Virus record (IMG/VR): IMGVR_UViG_3300033146_005641
Location: 119,352 to 183,351 of that record
DNA: 64,000 nt
Origin: a virus
Lineage: Duplodnaviria; Heunggongvirae; Uroviricota; Caudoviricetes
Strand: one strand, 5' to 3'
Numbering within the stretch: position 1 is the stretch's first letter; every line of letters begins with the position of its first letter. A program made the translations under genes and the position numbers. This document shows positions 47,985 to 55,559 of the stretch, one piece after another. Under the pieces are notes generated by a model. The model was not told where the DNA came from. It saw nothing but the letters and a program-made list of their open reading frames with translations, and ran no database searches.

Positions 47985-48551
47985 TTGGCTTACGAAACAG
48001 AAATAGATCCTTTCGGAAGTACGGCGTGGGATAATATAGTTTATGATATTAATGATACGCCCGTAGGAGAAATAATAGACGAAGGCGACTGGATAGAATT
48101 GCAAAATATATTTAATCAAGAAATCTCTAGAAGAAGAAACGAAAATCCTAATTTTGGTACGGCAGCATCAACAGGAACTATTATAGATGATGTTCATTAT
48201 AATGATTTCGCCGATGCCATGAATAGCCTTAATGCTTATTATACGGGATCTCCGGGGGGTGCTTGGGCGGGTATTTGTAGCTCTAATAATCCTGTTGGTG
48301 GAATATGGCACTGTAATAAAAAAGAAGGATACGTACCTGTTGTACCTCACGTGTCTCCTGGTCAACTAATCACAGCGACTCAAATTAACAAAATTAAAGA
48401 CGAGATAAAAAAAGCAGGTAACTCATGTTTCTGTAACTGTAACTACTGTGCGTGTAATTGTAACTTTTGTACTTGTAATTGTAATTTTTCTTGTCCTTGT
48501 AATTGTCACTATTCAGATGAAAGACTTAAAACTAATATCTTATATCTATAA
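47985..48551 (+). CDS. protein with extreme Cys-Asn repeat C-terminus (candidate radical SAM substrate or metal-binding tail)
   Basis: C-terminal NSCFCNCNYCACNCNFCTCNCNFSCPCNCHY, 11 Cys in 27 residues. Confidence 0.5.
   Translation: MAYETEIDPFGSTAWDNIVYDINDTPVGEIIDEGDWIELQNIFNQEISRRRNENPNFGTAASTGTIIDDVHYNDFADAMNSLNAYYTGSPGGAWAGICSSNNPVGGIWHCNKKEGYVPVVPHVSPGQLITATQINKIKDEIKKAGNSCFCNCNYCACNCNFCTCNCNFSCPCNCHYSDERLKTNILYL
48426..48509 (+). repeat. coding hexanucleotide microsatellite (TGTAAY/TGTRMY)n encoding the CN repeats
   Basis: TGTTTCTGTAACTGTAACTACTGTGCGTGTAATTGTAACTTTTGTACTTGTAATTGTAATTTTTCTTGTCCTTGTAATTGTCAC. Confidence 0.7.
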
Positions 48552-48597
48552 CACTCATAAATAATCTCACCTTAAGTTTCTTATACTATAATATGGT

Positions 48598-50028
48598 ATG
48601 AGAAACTATAAAAATTCAAACGACCTAATAACATATCTTTGTATAGACTACCTAGAATCTAAAGGCTATAAATTTTTAGAGAATAGAGGATATACTATTT
48701 CTGTGGAAAAAGATGCCGATAAAAATTTTTATTGGACATCTGATTCACCTTTTAAAATATTTCATCCTGTAGAACATAAGACTCACAACTATTTTAAAGA
48801 AATTTCTAAGTTGAGAGAATTTAAAAAATTATGGGGTGAGAAATGTGATGAAGACCTCAATGAAATATTTCAAGAAGAGGATATAAACTCCTATAAAATA
48901 AAAACTAATGTACAAGATCTGGATAATTTTAAAGATGATGTTAGTAATTTTTTAGAGAATTATAAATTTTTAAAGATTTCCTCGCCTATGGCTACTAGAA
49001 AAAGTATTATAATTGAGGAGACACTTAAGCAATCCTTAAGAAAGAGGTTAAGAGTTTTATTTATTACTCCTAGAGTTTCTTTATCCTATGATATCCATAA
49101 AAAATATTTTCCTCACTTATCTCACTATAAACATAGTAATTATACTCTAGGAGATAGTCTAGTAGTTCAATTTGATAGTTTACATAAGTTTGACATGGAT
49201 TATTTTGATATAGTAATATTAGATGAGGTTACCAGTTTAATGTTATATATGAGCGATACGTATGAGGGAAAGGCTGAAAGATATAGAAAAAATCTTCAGA
49301 AATTTTATTCTCTAAAAGATAAAAAATTCTTATTATTAGATGCTTTTCTTTTAAAGTTTCCGCTAGAATCTGAAGACGATAGATCTCTCGGTATATTAAA
49401 TAATTTTAGAGAAGATATAAAAATAACTGAATATGTTAATAAAAACAATTTTACAGGAAGAATAATTAGAGAAGCTAAAAAGAATCCTATATCGGTTTCA
49501 AGTAATGAAAAAAGATTTTTAGTAAAAATTAAAGAAAAACTAGAAAAAAGAGGATTAAGATGTTTGATGCTTAATTCCGAAACCGTAGATAAAGATAGTG
49601 TATATGAAGAGTTTGCAAAAAAAGAAACGGATTATGATGTTATATTATATTCACCTACGTTAACAGTCGGAGTAAGTATTTTTTCTAATATTAAAAATCA
49701 TTTTCATTACGATTTATCCGGAACTATTGACGTTATCAGTTCTATTCAGATGATAAGAAGAGTTAGAAACGCTAAACACATTCATTATTATATTCAGGGT
49801 AGAAGAAGTTTTCTTCCAACGGAGGAAAAAATTATTCAAAGACATTTAGAGGATAGTTTTAAAATTATTAACGAATTTGGAGAATCTTTCGGTATTAATA
49901 AAATAGGTGAAATGTTGAGTAAAATAAAAAGAATAAAAAACGTTTTATTAAATTCTCACAAATATGCTTTTAGAGATTTATTAAAAAGACAATTTAAAGA
50001 AGTAGAATTTAATAAATTGGAGATATGA
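48598..50028 (+). CDS. P-loop NTPase, helicase-like (divergent Walker A SPMATRKS, Walker B ILDEVTSL)
   Basis: 476 aa. The motifs are degenerate and the family is not recognised. Confidence 0.35.
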   Translation: MRNYKNSNDLITYLCIDYLESKGYKFLENRGYTISVEKDADKNFYWTSDSPFKIFHPVEHKTHNYFKEISKLREFKKLWGEKCDEDLNEIFQEEDINSYKIKTNVQDLDNFKDDVSNFLENYKFLKISSPMATRKSIIIEETLKQSLRKRLRVLFITPRVSLSYDIHKKYFPHLSHYKHSNYTLGDSLVVQFDSLHKFDMDYFDIVILDEVTSLMLYMSDTYEGKAERYRKNLQKFYSLKDKKFLLLDAFLLKFPLESEDDRSLGILNNFREDIKITEYVNKNNFTGRIIREAKKNPISVSSNEKRFLVKIKEKLEKRGLRCLMLNSETVDKDSVYEEFAKKETDYDVILYSPTLTVGVSIFSNIKNHFHYDLSGTIDVISSIQMIRRVRNAKHIHYYIQGRRSFLPTEEKIIQRHLEDSFKIINEFGESFGINKIGEMLSKIKRIKNVLLNSHKYAFRDLLKRQFKEVEFNKLEI

Positions 50029-50237
50029 TGGAATTTTATTTTAAAAAGACGCTGTTTGGAATGGTTTTAATGGTAAAAGATAGAAAACCAGGAAATTGGC
50101 CTGGAGAGTGGAAGTATTTTTGGAGAAGAGCATCTCAATTAGAAGCGTCTAATTTTACTACTGAAACAGGAATAGCTAAAAAAGAAGTGGAGAGTTATAG
50201 AGAATTTAAGGATAAGTTCCCTCAATATTTTATCTGA
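50025..50237 (+). CDS. small protein ending ...KFPQYFI
   Basis: 70 aa. Start ATGATGG overlaps the upstream stop. Confidence 0.4.
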   Translation: MMEFYFKKTLFGMVLMVKDRKPGNWPGEWKYFWRRASQLEASNFTTETGIAKKEVESYREFKDKFPQYFI

Positions 50238-50290
50238 TTTTAAGTTTTAATATGTTATAATATATTATACAAAGAGAGAAGGATAGAAAG
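50216..50290 (+). promoter_or_regulatory. junction cassette
   Basis: TTCCCTCAATATTTTATCTGATTTTAAGTTTTAATATGTTATAATATATTATACAAAGAGAGAAGGATAGAAAGATG. Confidence 0.55.
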
Positions 50291-50980
50291 ATGAGGTTTA
50301 GAGACACTAAATATGGCGATTTAACAGGACAAACCTATGAAGGAGATATTGATGTAAGTGGTTTAAACTTAACATCTCTAGAGGGTGCTCCAGAGGTAGT
50401 TAAAGAAGGATTTTACTGTAATGATAATCAATTAACTTCTCTAGAGGGTGCTCCTAAGGTAGTCGACGGTAGTTTTTATTGCTATGATAATCAATTAACC
50501 TCTCTAGAGGGTGCTCCTAAGGTAGTTAGAGGAGATTTTGATTGTTATAATAATAAACTAACTTCTCTAGAAGGGGCTCCTGAGGTAGTTAAAGAAGGAT
50601 TTTACTGTAATGAAAACAGTCTAACTTCTCTAGAGGGTGCTCCTGAGGTAATCGGTGGTAATTTTAATTGCACTTACAACAATTTAACTACTCTAGAAGG
50701 AGCTCCAGAGACAGTTGGTGGTAGTTTTAATTGCTCTAAAAATAATCTAACTTCTCTAGAAGGTGCTCCAGAGGTAGTTAATGGTAATTTTAATTGTTAT
50801 AATAATAAACTTACTTCTCTAGAAGGCGCTCCTGAGAGAGTTAGAAGAGATTTTGATTGTTCAGAAAACGATCTAACTTCTCTAGAGGGATTACCTTTTT
50901 CTAGAGAAATAAGGTCCGATTTTGATGAAAGAGAGATTAATGATTATATTAAAGATAGATTTCCCTATCGTTTTATATGA
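50291..50980 (+). CDS. LTSLEGAP 21-aa repeat protein (paralog)
   Basis: MRFRDTKYGDLTGQTYEGDIDVSGLNLTSLEGAPE..., C-terminal ...RFPYRFI. Confidence 0.7.
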   Translation: MRFRDTKYGDLTGQTYEGDIDVSGLNLTSLEGAPEVVKEGFYCNDNQLTSLEGAPKVVDGSFYCYDNQLTSLEGAPKVVRGDFDCYNNKLTSLEGAPEVVKEGFYCNENSLTSLEGAPEVIGGNFNCTYNNLTTLEGAPETVGGSFNCSKNNLTSLEGAPEVVNGNFNCYNNKLTSLEGAPERVRRDFDCSENDLTSLEGLPFSREIRSDFDEREINDYIKDRFPYRFI

Positions 50981-51033
50981 TTTTAAGTCTTATTATACTA
51001 TAATATCTTATATAAAGAGAAAAGGATAGAAAG
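50963..51033 (+). promoter_or_regulatory. junction cassette
   Basis: CCCTATCGTTTTATATGATTTTAAGTCTTATTATACTATAATATCTTATATAAAGAGAAAAGGATAGAAAGATG. Confidence 0.55.
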
Positions 51034-51912
51034 ATGAAGTTTAGAGATACTAAATATGGCGATTTAACAGGACAACCTTATGAAGGTGATGTTGATGTAA
51101 GTGGTTTAAACTTAACATCTCTAGAGGGTGCTCCTGAGGCGGTCGATGGAGATTTTAATTGTTCTAGTAACAATCTAACCTCTCTAGAGGGTACTCCTAA
51201 GGTAGTTGAAGGAGATTTTTACTGCTCTCACAACAATTTAACTTCTCTAGAAGGAGCTCCTGAGATAGTTAATGGTAATTTTAATTGCACTTACAACAAT
51301 TTAGCCTCTCTAGAAGGGGCTCCGGAGGTAATAGATGGTAGTTTTTACTGCTATGATAATCAATTAACTTCTCTAGAAGGGGCTCCTAAGGCAGTTAAAG
51401 GAGATTTTGATTGTTATAATAATAAACTTACTTCTCTAGAAGGTGCTCCAGAGGTAGTTAAAGAAGGATTTTACTGTAATGAAAACGGTCTAACCTCTTT
51501 AGAAGGAGCTCCAGAGATAGTTGATGGTAGTTTTTACTGCTATGATAATCGATTAACCTCTCTAGAAGGAGCTCCTGAGGTAGTCGGTGGTAATTTTAAT
51601 TGCTCTAAAAACAATCTAGCTTCTCTAGAAGGAGCTCCTAAGGTAGTTAATAATAATTTTGATTGCTCTAAAAATAATCTAGTCTCTCTAGAAGGATCTC
51701 CTGAGGTAGTCGGTGGTAGTTTTTACTGCTATGATAATCGATTATCTTCTCTAGAAGGTGCTCCTAAGATAGTTAAAGAAGGGTTTCACTGTAATAAAAA
51801 CAATCTAACTTCTCTAGAGGGAATACCCTATTCTAAAGGAATAATAGCTGATTTTAGTAAACTAGAAGTTAATGATTACCTAAAATCTAAATTTCCTTAT
51901 CATTTTATCTGA
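51034..51912 (+). CDS. LTSLEGAP 21-aa repeat protein (paralog)
   Basis: MKFRDTKYGDLTGQPYEGDVDVSGLNLTSLEGAPE..., C-terminal ...KFPYHFI. Confidence 0.7.
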   Translation: MKFRDTKYGDLTGQPYEGDVDVSGLNLTSLEGAPEAVDGDFNCSSNNLTSLEGTPKVVEGDFYCSHNNLTSLEGAPEIVNGNFNCTYNNLASLEGAPEVIDGSFYCYDNQLTSLEGAPKAVKGDFDCYNNKLTSLEGAPEVVKEGFYCNENGLTSLEGAPEIVDGSFYCYDNRLTSLEGAPEVVGGNFNCSKNNLASLEGAPKVVNNNFDCSKNNLVSLEGSPEVVGGSFYCYDNRLSSLEGAPKIVKEGFHCNKNNLTSLEGIPYSKGIIADFSKLEVNDYLKSKFPYHFI

Positions 51913-51961
51913 TTTTAGGTCTCTTTATTCTATAATATATTATATAAAGAAGGATAGAAAG
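51895..51961 (+). promoter_or_regulatory. junction cassette
   Basis: CCTTATCATTTTATCTGATTTTAGGTCTCTTTATTCTATAATATATTATATAAAGAAGGATAGAAAGATG. Confidence 0.55.
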
Positions 51962-53029
51962 ATGACGTTTAAAGATACTAAGTATGGTGATTTAACAGGA
52001 CAAACCTATAAAGGTGATATTAATGTATGTGGTTTAGATTTAACCTCTCTAGAAGGGGCTCCAGAGGTAGTTGATGGTAGTTTTTACTGCTATGATAATC
52101 AACTAACCTCTCTAGAAGGATCTCCTGAGGTAGTCGATGGTAATTTTTACTGTTATGATAATCAATTAACTTCTCTAGAAGGGGCTCCAGAGGTAGTTGA
52201 TGGTAATTTTTATTGTCATAATAATCAATTGACTTCTCTAGAAGGATCTCCGGAGGTAGTCAGCGGTATTTTTTATTGTTATAATAATAGACTTACTTCT
52301 CTAGAGGGGTCTCCTAAGATAGTTAAAGGAGATTTTTATTGCTCTTACAACAATTTAACTTCTCTAGAGGGGGTTCCGGAGGTAGTTGATGGTAGTTTTT
52401 ATTGCTATGATAATCGATTATCCTCTCTAGAAGGAGCTCCTAGGATAATCGATGGTAATTTTTATTGTTATAATAATCGACTAATTTCTCTAGAAGGTGC
52501 TCCAGAGGCAGTTGATGGTAATTTTTATTGTTATAATAATCGATTAACTTCTCTAGAAGGCTCTCCAGAGGTAGTCGACGATAATTTTGATTGTTCAGAA
52601 AATGATCTAGCTTCTCTAGAAGGGTCTCCTAGAGTAGTTAATAATAATTTTGATTGCTCTAAAAATAATCTAGTCTCTCTAGAAGGATCTCCTGAGGTAG
52701 TTAGAGGATATTTTGATTGTTCAAACAATCAACTAACTTCTCTAGAGGGAGCTCCAGAGATAGTTAAAGAAGGCTTTTACTGTAATAAAAACGATCTAGT
52801 TTCCCTAGAGGGGGCTCCTGAGGTAGTCGATGGTAATTTTAATTGTGCTAAAAATAATCTAACTACGCTAGAAGGGGCTCCTAAGGTAGTTGATGGTAAT
52901 TTTTACTGCTATGATAATCGATTAACTTCTCTAGAGGGATTACCTTTTTCTAGAGAAATAAGGTCTGATTTTAGTAAACTAGAAGTTAATGATTACTTAA
53001 AATCTAAATTCCCTTATCATTTTATCTGA
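51962..53029 (+). CDS. LTSLEGAP 21-aa repeat protein (paralog, longest)
   Basis: MTFKDTKYGDLTGQTYKGDINVCGLDLTSLEGAPE..., C-terminal ...KFPYHFI. Confidence 0.7.
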   Translation: MTFKDTKYGDLTGQTYKGDINVCGLDLTSLEGAPEVVDGSFYCYDNQLTSLEGSPEVVDGNFYCYDNQLTSLEGAPEVVDGNFYCHNNQLTSLEGSPEVVSGIFYCYNNRLTSLEGSPKIVKGDFYCSYNNLTSLEGVPEVVDGSFYCYDNRLSSLEGAPRIIDGNFYCYNNRLISLEGAPEAVDGNFYCYNNRLTSLEGSPEVVDDNFDCSENDLASLEGSPRVVNNNFDCSKNNLVSLEGSPEVVRGYFDCSNNQLTSLEGAPEIVKEGFYCNKNDLVSLEGAPEVVDGNFNCAKNNLTTLEGAPKVVDGNFYCYDNRLTSLEGLPFSREIRSDFSKLEVNDYLKSKFPYHFI

Positions 53030-53082
53030 TTTTAAGTCTTATTACACTATAATATATTATATAAAGAAAGAAGAATAGAAAG
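53012..53082 (+). promoter_or_regulatory. junction cassette
   Basis: CCTTATCATTTTATCTGATTTTAAGTCTTATTACACTATAATATATTATATAAAGAAAGAAGAATAGAAAGATG. Confidence 0.55.
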
Positions 53083-53415
53083 ATGAGAAAGCTTACAAAA
53101 TCAGAACTTAATTTATATAAGGATTATATTTCAGGATATGTATCATTATTATCACCTGAAGAAATGTCTGAAGAAATGGAAATCGAAATTGAAGATACCG
53201 AAACAGGAAAAATAATAACTTCAGGTACCTTTAATCCTTCTTATTTTGTAGAATCTGCTTCAGCAGTAAAAACAGAAGAAATAAATGAACTAAAAAATAT
53301 AATTGAAAGATATGAAAAATTTCTTAATAGAATGTCAATAAAAACAGAATATTATGATATAGATGATATGATAGATGGTCTAGAAGACTATGATGTAGTA
53401 ACTCAAAAAGGATAA
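53083..53415 (+). CDS. hypothetical acidic protein
   Basis: 110 aa. Follows a junction cassette. Confidence 0.4.
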   Translation: MRKLTKSELNLYKDYISGYVSLLSPEEMSEEMEIEIEDTETGKIITSGTFNPSYFVESASAVKTEEINELKNIIERYEKFLNRMSIKTEYYDIDDMIDGLEDYDVVTQKG

Positions 53416-53511
53416 TGATAATACAGAAACTTATAGGTACAATATTACTGATTATAGTGTGTATGAAAAATAACCTACTAGTAAATAATTTAATCTTATA
53501 AAGGAGGAGAA

Positions 53512-53823
53512 ATGGAAATAATGTTTTCGTGGTTTTGGATATTTAGCCTATTCAAATTAATCACAATAGTCGGGTTTACATATTTTATTGTAAAATATAC
53601 AGAATCTAAAAAACTAATATATGCTATTTTAGCTGGATTTTTGCTTATAGCGATAATGGTATTTAGTTCTATTAAAATCAATTCTACAGATTCGAAGAAT
53701 TTTAATAGTTTACAAAATAGTGCTATTGAATCTATTAAAACAACACCAGAAAAGATTAGAGATGATTCTTTTAAAATAGAATCTAATAAAGATATTAGAA
53801 TTAAAAAATCTGATTTAAAATAA
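53512..53823 (+). CDS. small membrane protein
   Basis: Two hydrophobic segments (FSWFWIFSLFKLITIVGFTYFIV; LIYAILAGFLLIAIMVF). AAAGGAGGAGAAATG RBS. Confidence 0.45.
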   Translation: MEIMFSWFWIFSLFKLITIVGFTYFIVKYTESKKLIYAILAGFLLIAIMVFSSIKINSTDSKNFNSLQNSAIESIKTTPEKIRDDSFKIESNKDIRIKKSDLK

Positions 53824-53832
53824 GGAGAAAAA

Positions 53833-54201
53833 ATGAAGAAAATCGGAATGTTATTGTTATTAGGAATTATTACTGTTGTAGTTGCTAAAGGTGTAGGTGC
53901 TAGAGGTGTAGATTATATGTGTAAGCCTGTTGCTTATAGAAATATAAACAAGCCAGACAAGACGATAATGTTTACAATGGATGAACAAAATAGAAGAGGT
54001 CTTTTAAAAATTAGAGTAGATGAGGGAAGAGATATTAGAGATGATGATGGCGTGGTTTTAAAACACACTAGTGGTAACGTTTATAAGGGCGAGGGTATGG
54101 TAAGCGAATTCGAGGATTTCGAAGATAAAAAAGTCTTTTCACTTACAGGCGTTTCGGCGTATCCGCGTATAAATATTTACATTTGTTATAAATCTAATTA
54201 G
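53833..54201 (+). CDS. secreted or membrane-anchored small protein with signal peptide
   Basis: MKKIGMLLLLGIITVVVAKG signal-like N-terminus. AAGGAGAAAAAATG RBS. Confidence 0.45.
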   Translation: MKKIGMLLLLGIITVVVAKGVGARGVDYMCKPVAYRNINKPDKTIMFTMDEQNRRGLLKIRVDEGRDIRDDDGVVLKHTSGNVYKGEGMVSEFEDFEDKKVFSLTGVSAYPRINIYICYKSN

Positions 54202-54256
54202 GAGGAAAAAATGAAGAAACTTGGAATGCTATTAGCTACTTTTAGTAGCGATTTTT

Positions 54257-55084
54257 ATGTTATCTGGATGTAATGAACAAGTGCCTGCAGGAACGGTTGG
54301 AAAGATTATGGGTAAGAATGGGTGGCAGCCAGAAATTTATCCACCATCTAGGGTTTGGATAAAAACCGCTTTTACGATGACACCCGAGAAACTATTTTTA
54401 GTACAAACTACTACTCAAAAATTTGTACAACCTATCAGGGTTCTTTTAAAAGATAAATTGACTTTAAATGCTGAGATTGTTTTTAGAGGAAGAGTTTCTA
54501 CTAATCCTAAAATTCTTAATTCATTATTTAATGATATGCCTATGAATGACAATATCATTACGGTTTCTGAAGTGTATAATACTTATGGAAAGATGATTGT
54601 TCTTAATACGGCGAGAGAGGTAATTTCAAAATATAATGTAGATGAGGTTAATAAAAATTATGCAAGAATTACTATAGAATTGTATAATGCTATTAAACCA
54701 AAACTTAAAAATCTACCTATTTCTATTAGCGATGTAACTATTGGAAATATTGAATATCCTAAAATTGTAACAGAGGCTATTGAAAAAGCTAAACAAAGAA
54801 GAATGGCTATTGAACAAGAACAGGCTCAAGTTCAGATTGAACTAACTAGAGCTAAAGGTAGAGAGGCGGTAGCAAAAGCAGAATATAGAATTAAAATGCT
54901 TGAAGCTAAAAGAATTAGAGATTATAATAGAATGATTGAACAAGGTGTTACTCCAAATCTTTTAAAACTTAGAAGATTAGAGGTGCAAGAGAAAATGATT
55001 GACGCTATTAAGAATAATAAAAATGTCATTTATATGCCTTTAGATATGATGAATAATAGCTCAAATATGAGAATTATTAAGTAG
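54257..55084 (+). CDS. SPFH/band-7 (HflK/C-prohibitin-like) domain protein, probable lipoprotein whose signal peptide lies in an upstream frame (54211..54256)
   Basis: C-terminal AIEKAKQRRMAIEQEQAQVQIELTRAKGREAVAKAEYRIKMLEAK is typical of SPFH coiled-coil regions. ATG at 54211 with an AGGAGGAAAAAATG RBS encodes MKKLGMLLATFSSDF. It is out of frame by one nt at a T5 run (54252-54256) with the MLSGC (lipobox LSGC) start of the long ORF. Confidence 0.55.
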   Translation: MLSGCNEQVPAGTVGKIMGKNGWQPEIYPPSRVWIKTAFTMTPEKLFLVQTTTQKFVQPIRVLLKDKLTLNAEIVFRGRVSTNPKILNSLFNDMPMNDNIITVSEVYNTYGKMIVLNTAREVISKYNVDEVNKNYARITIELYNAIKPKLKNLPISISDVTIGNIEYPKIVTEAIEKAKQRRMAIEQEQAQVQIELTRAKGREAVAKAEYRIKMLEAKRIRDYNRMIEQGVTPNLLKLRRLEVQEKMIDAIKNNKNVIYMPLDMMNNSSNMRIIK

Positions 55085-55137
55085 TTTTAATTCGGGTTCC
55101 TTCGGGAGCTCTTTTTAAAATTATAGAAGGAGAAAAA

Positions 55138-55548
55138 GTGGAAAAATCAGATAGAATTATAATTCATTCGAGTGATGTTATATACATTAGTAAAAATGTA
55201 GATATATTAAAAAGAGATGGTAGAGTTCTAAATACTCCCGAACACATATCATATTCTGCAGACTCTGTATCTTTAAAAGTATCTAATTTACAAAATATAA
55301 ATGAAATAATATTCGTTAAAGATTTTAAAGCTTTTAATAATGCAACTCTACAATATGATCAGAAAGCTGAATATCATATACCTGTATCGTTTTATGAAGA
55401 AGATGAATTATATGTTATGCGTTATGACGTTACGATTATGGTTAAAGAAAAAAAATTAGCTAGAAATATTTTCCATTTTTTTAATGAGTTAGTCTCTGAT
55501 AATATTAGCAATATTGATAATCTAATAACAGATAATTATAAAATTTAA
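55138..55548 (+). CDS. hypothetical protein
   Basis: 136 aa. GTG-adjacent ATG with GGAGAAAAAGTGG leader. Confidence 0.4.
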   Translation: MEKSDRIIIHSSDVIYISKNVDILKRDGRVLNTPEHISYSADSVSLKVSNLQNINEIIFVKDFKAFNNATLQYDQKAEYHIPVSFYEEDELYVMRYDVTIMVKEKKLARNIFHFFNELVSDNISNIDNLITDNYKI

Positions 55549-55559
55549 AAGGGTAAAAT

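Noticed and set aside
50291-53029. The 63-bp DNA periodicity with conserved TCTCTAGAGGGTGCTCC segments could be mistaken for a CRISPR array.
   Set aside because: The repeats are in frame, encode the LTSLEGAP protein units, have no unique spacers of constant length and no cas genes nearby. They are coding tandem repeats.
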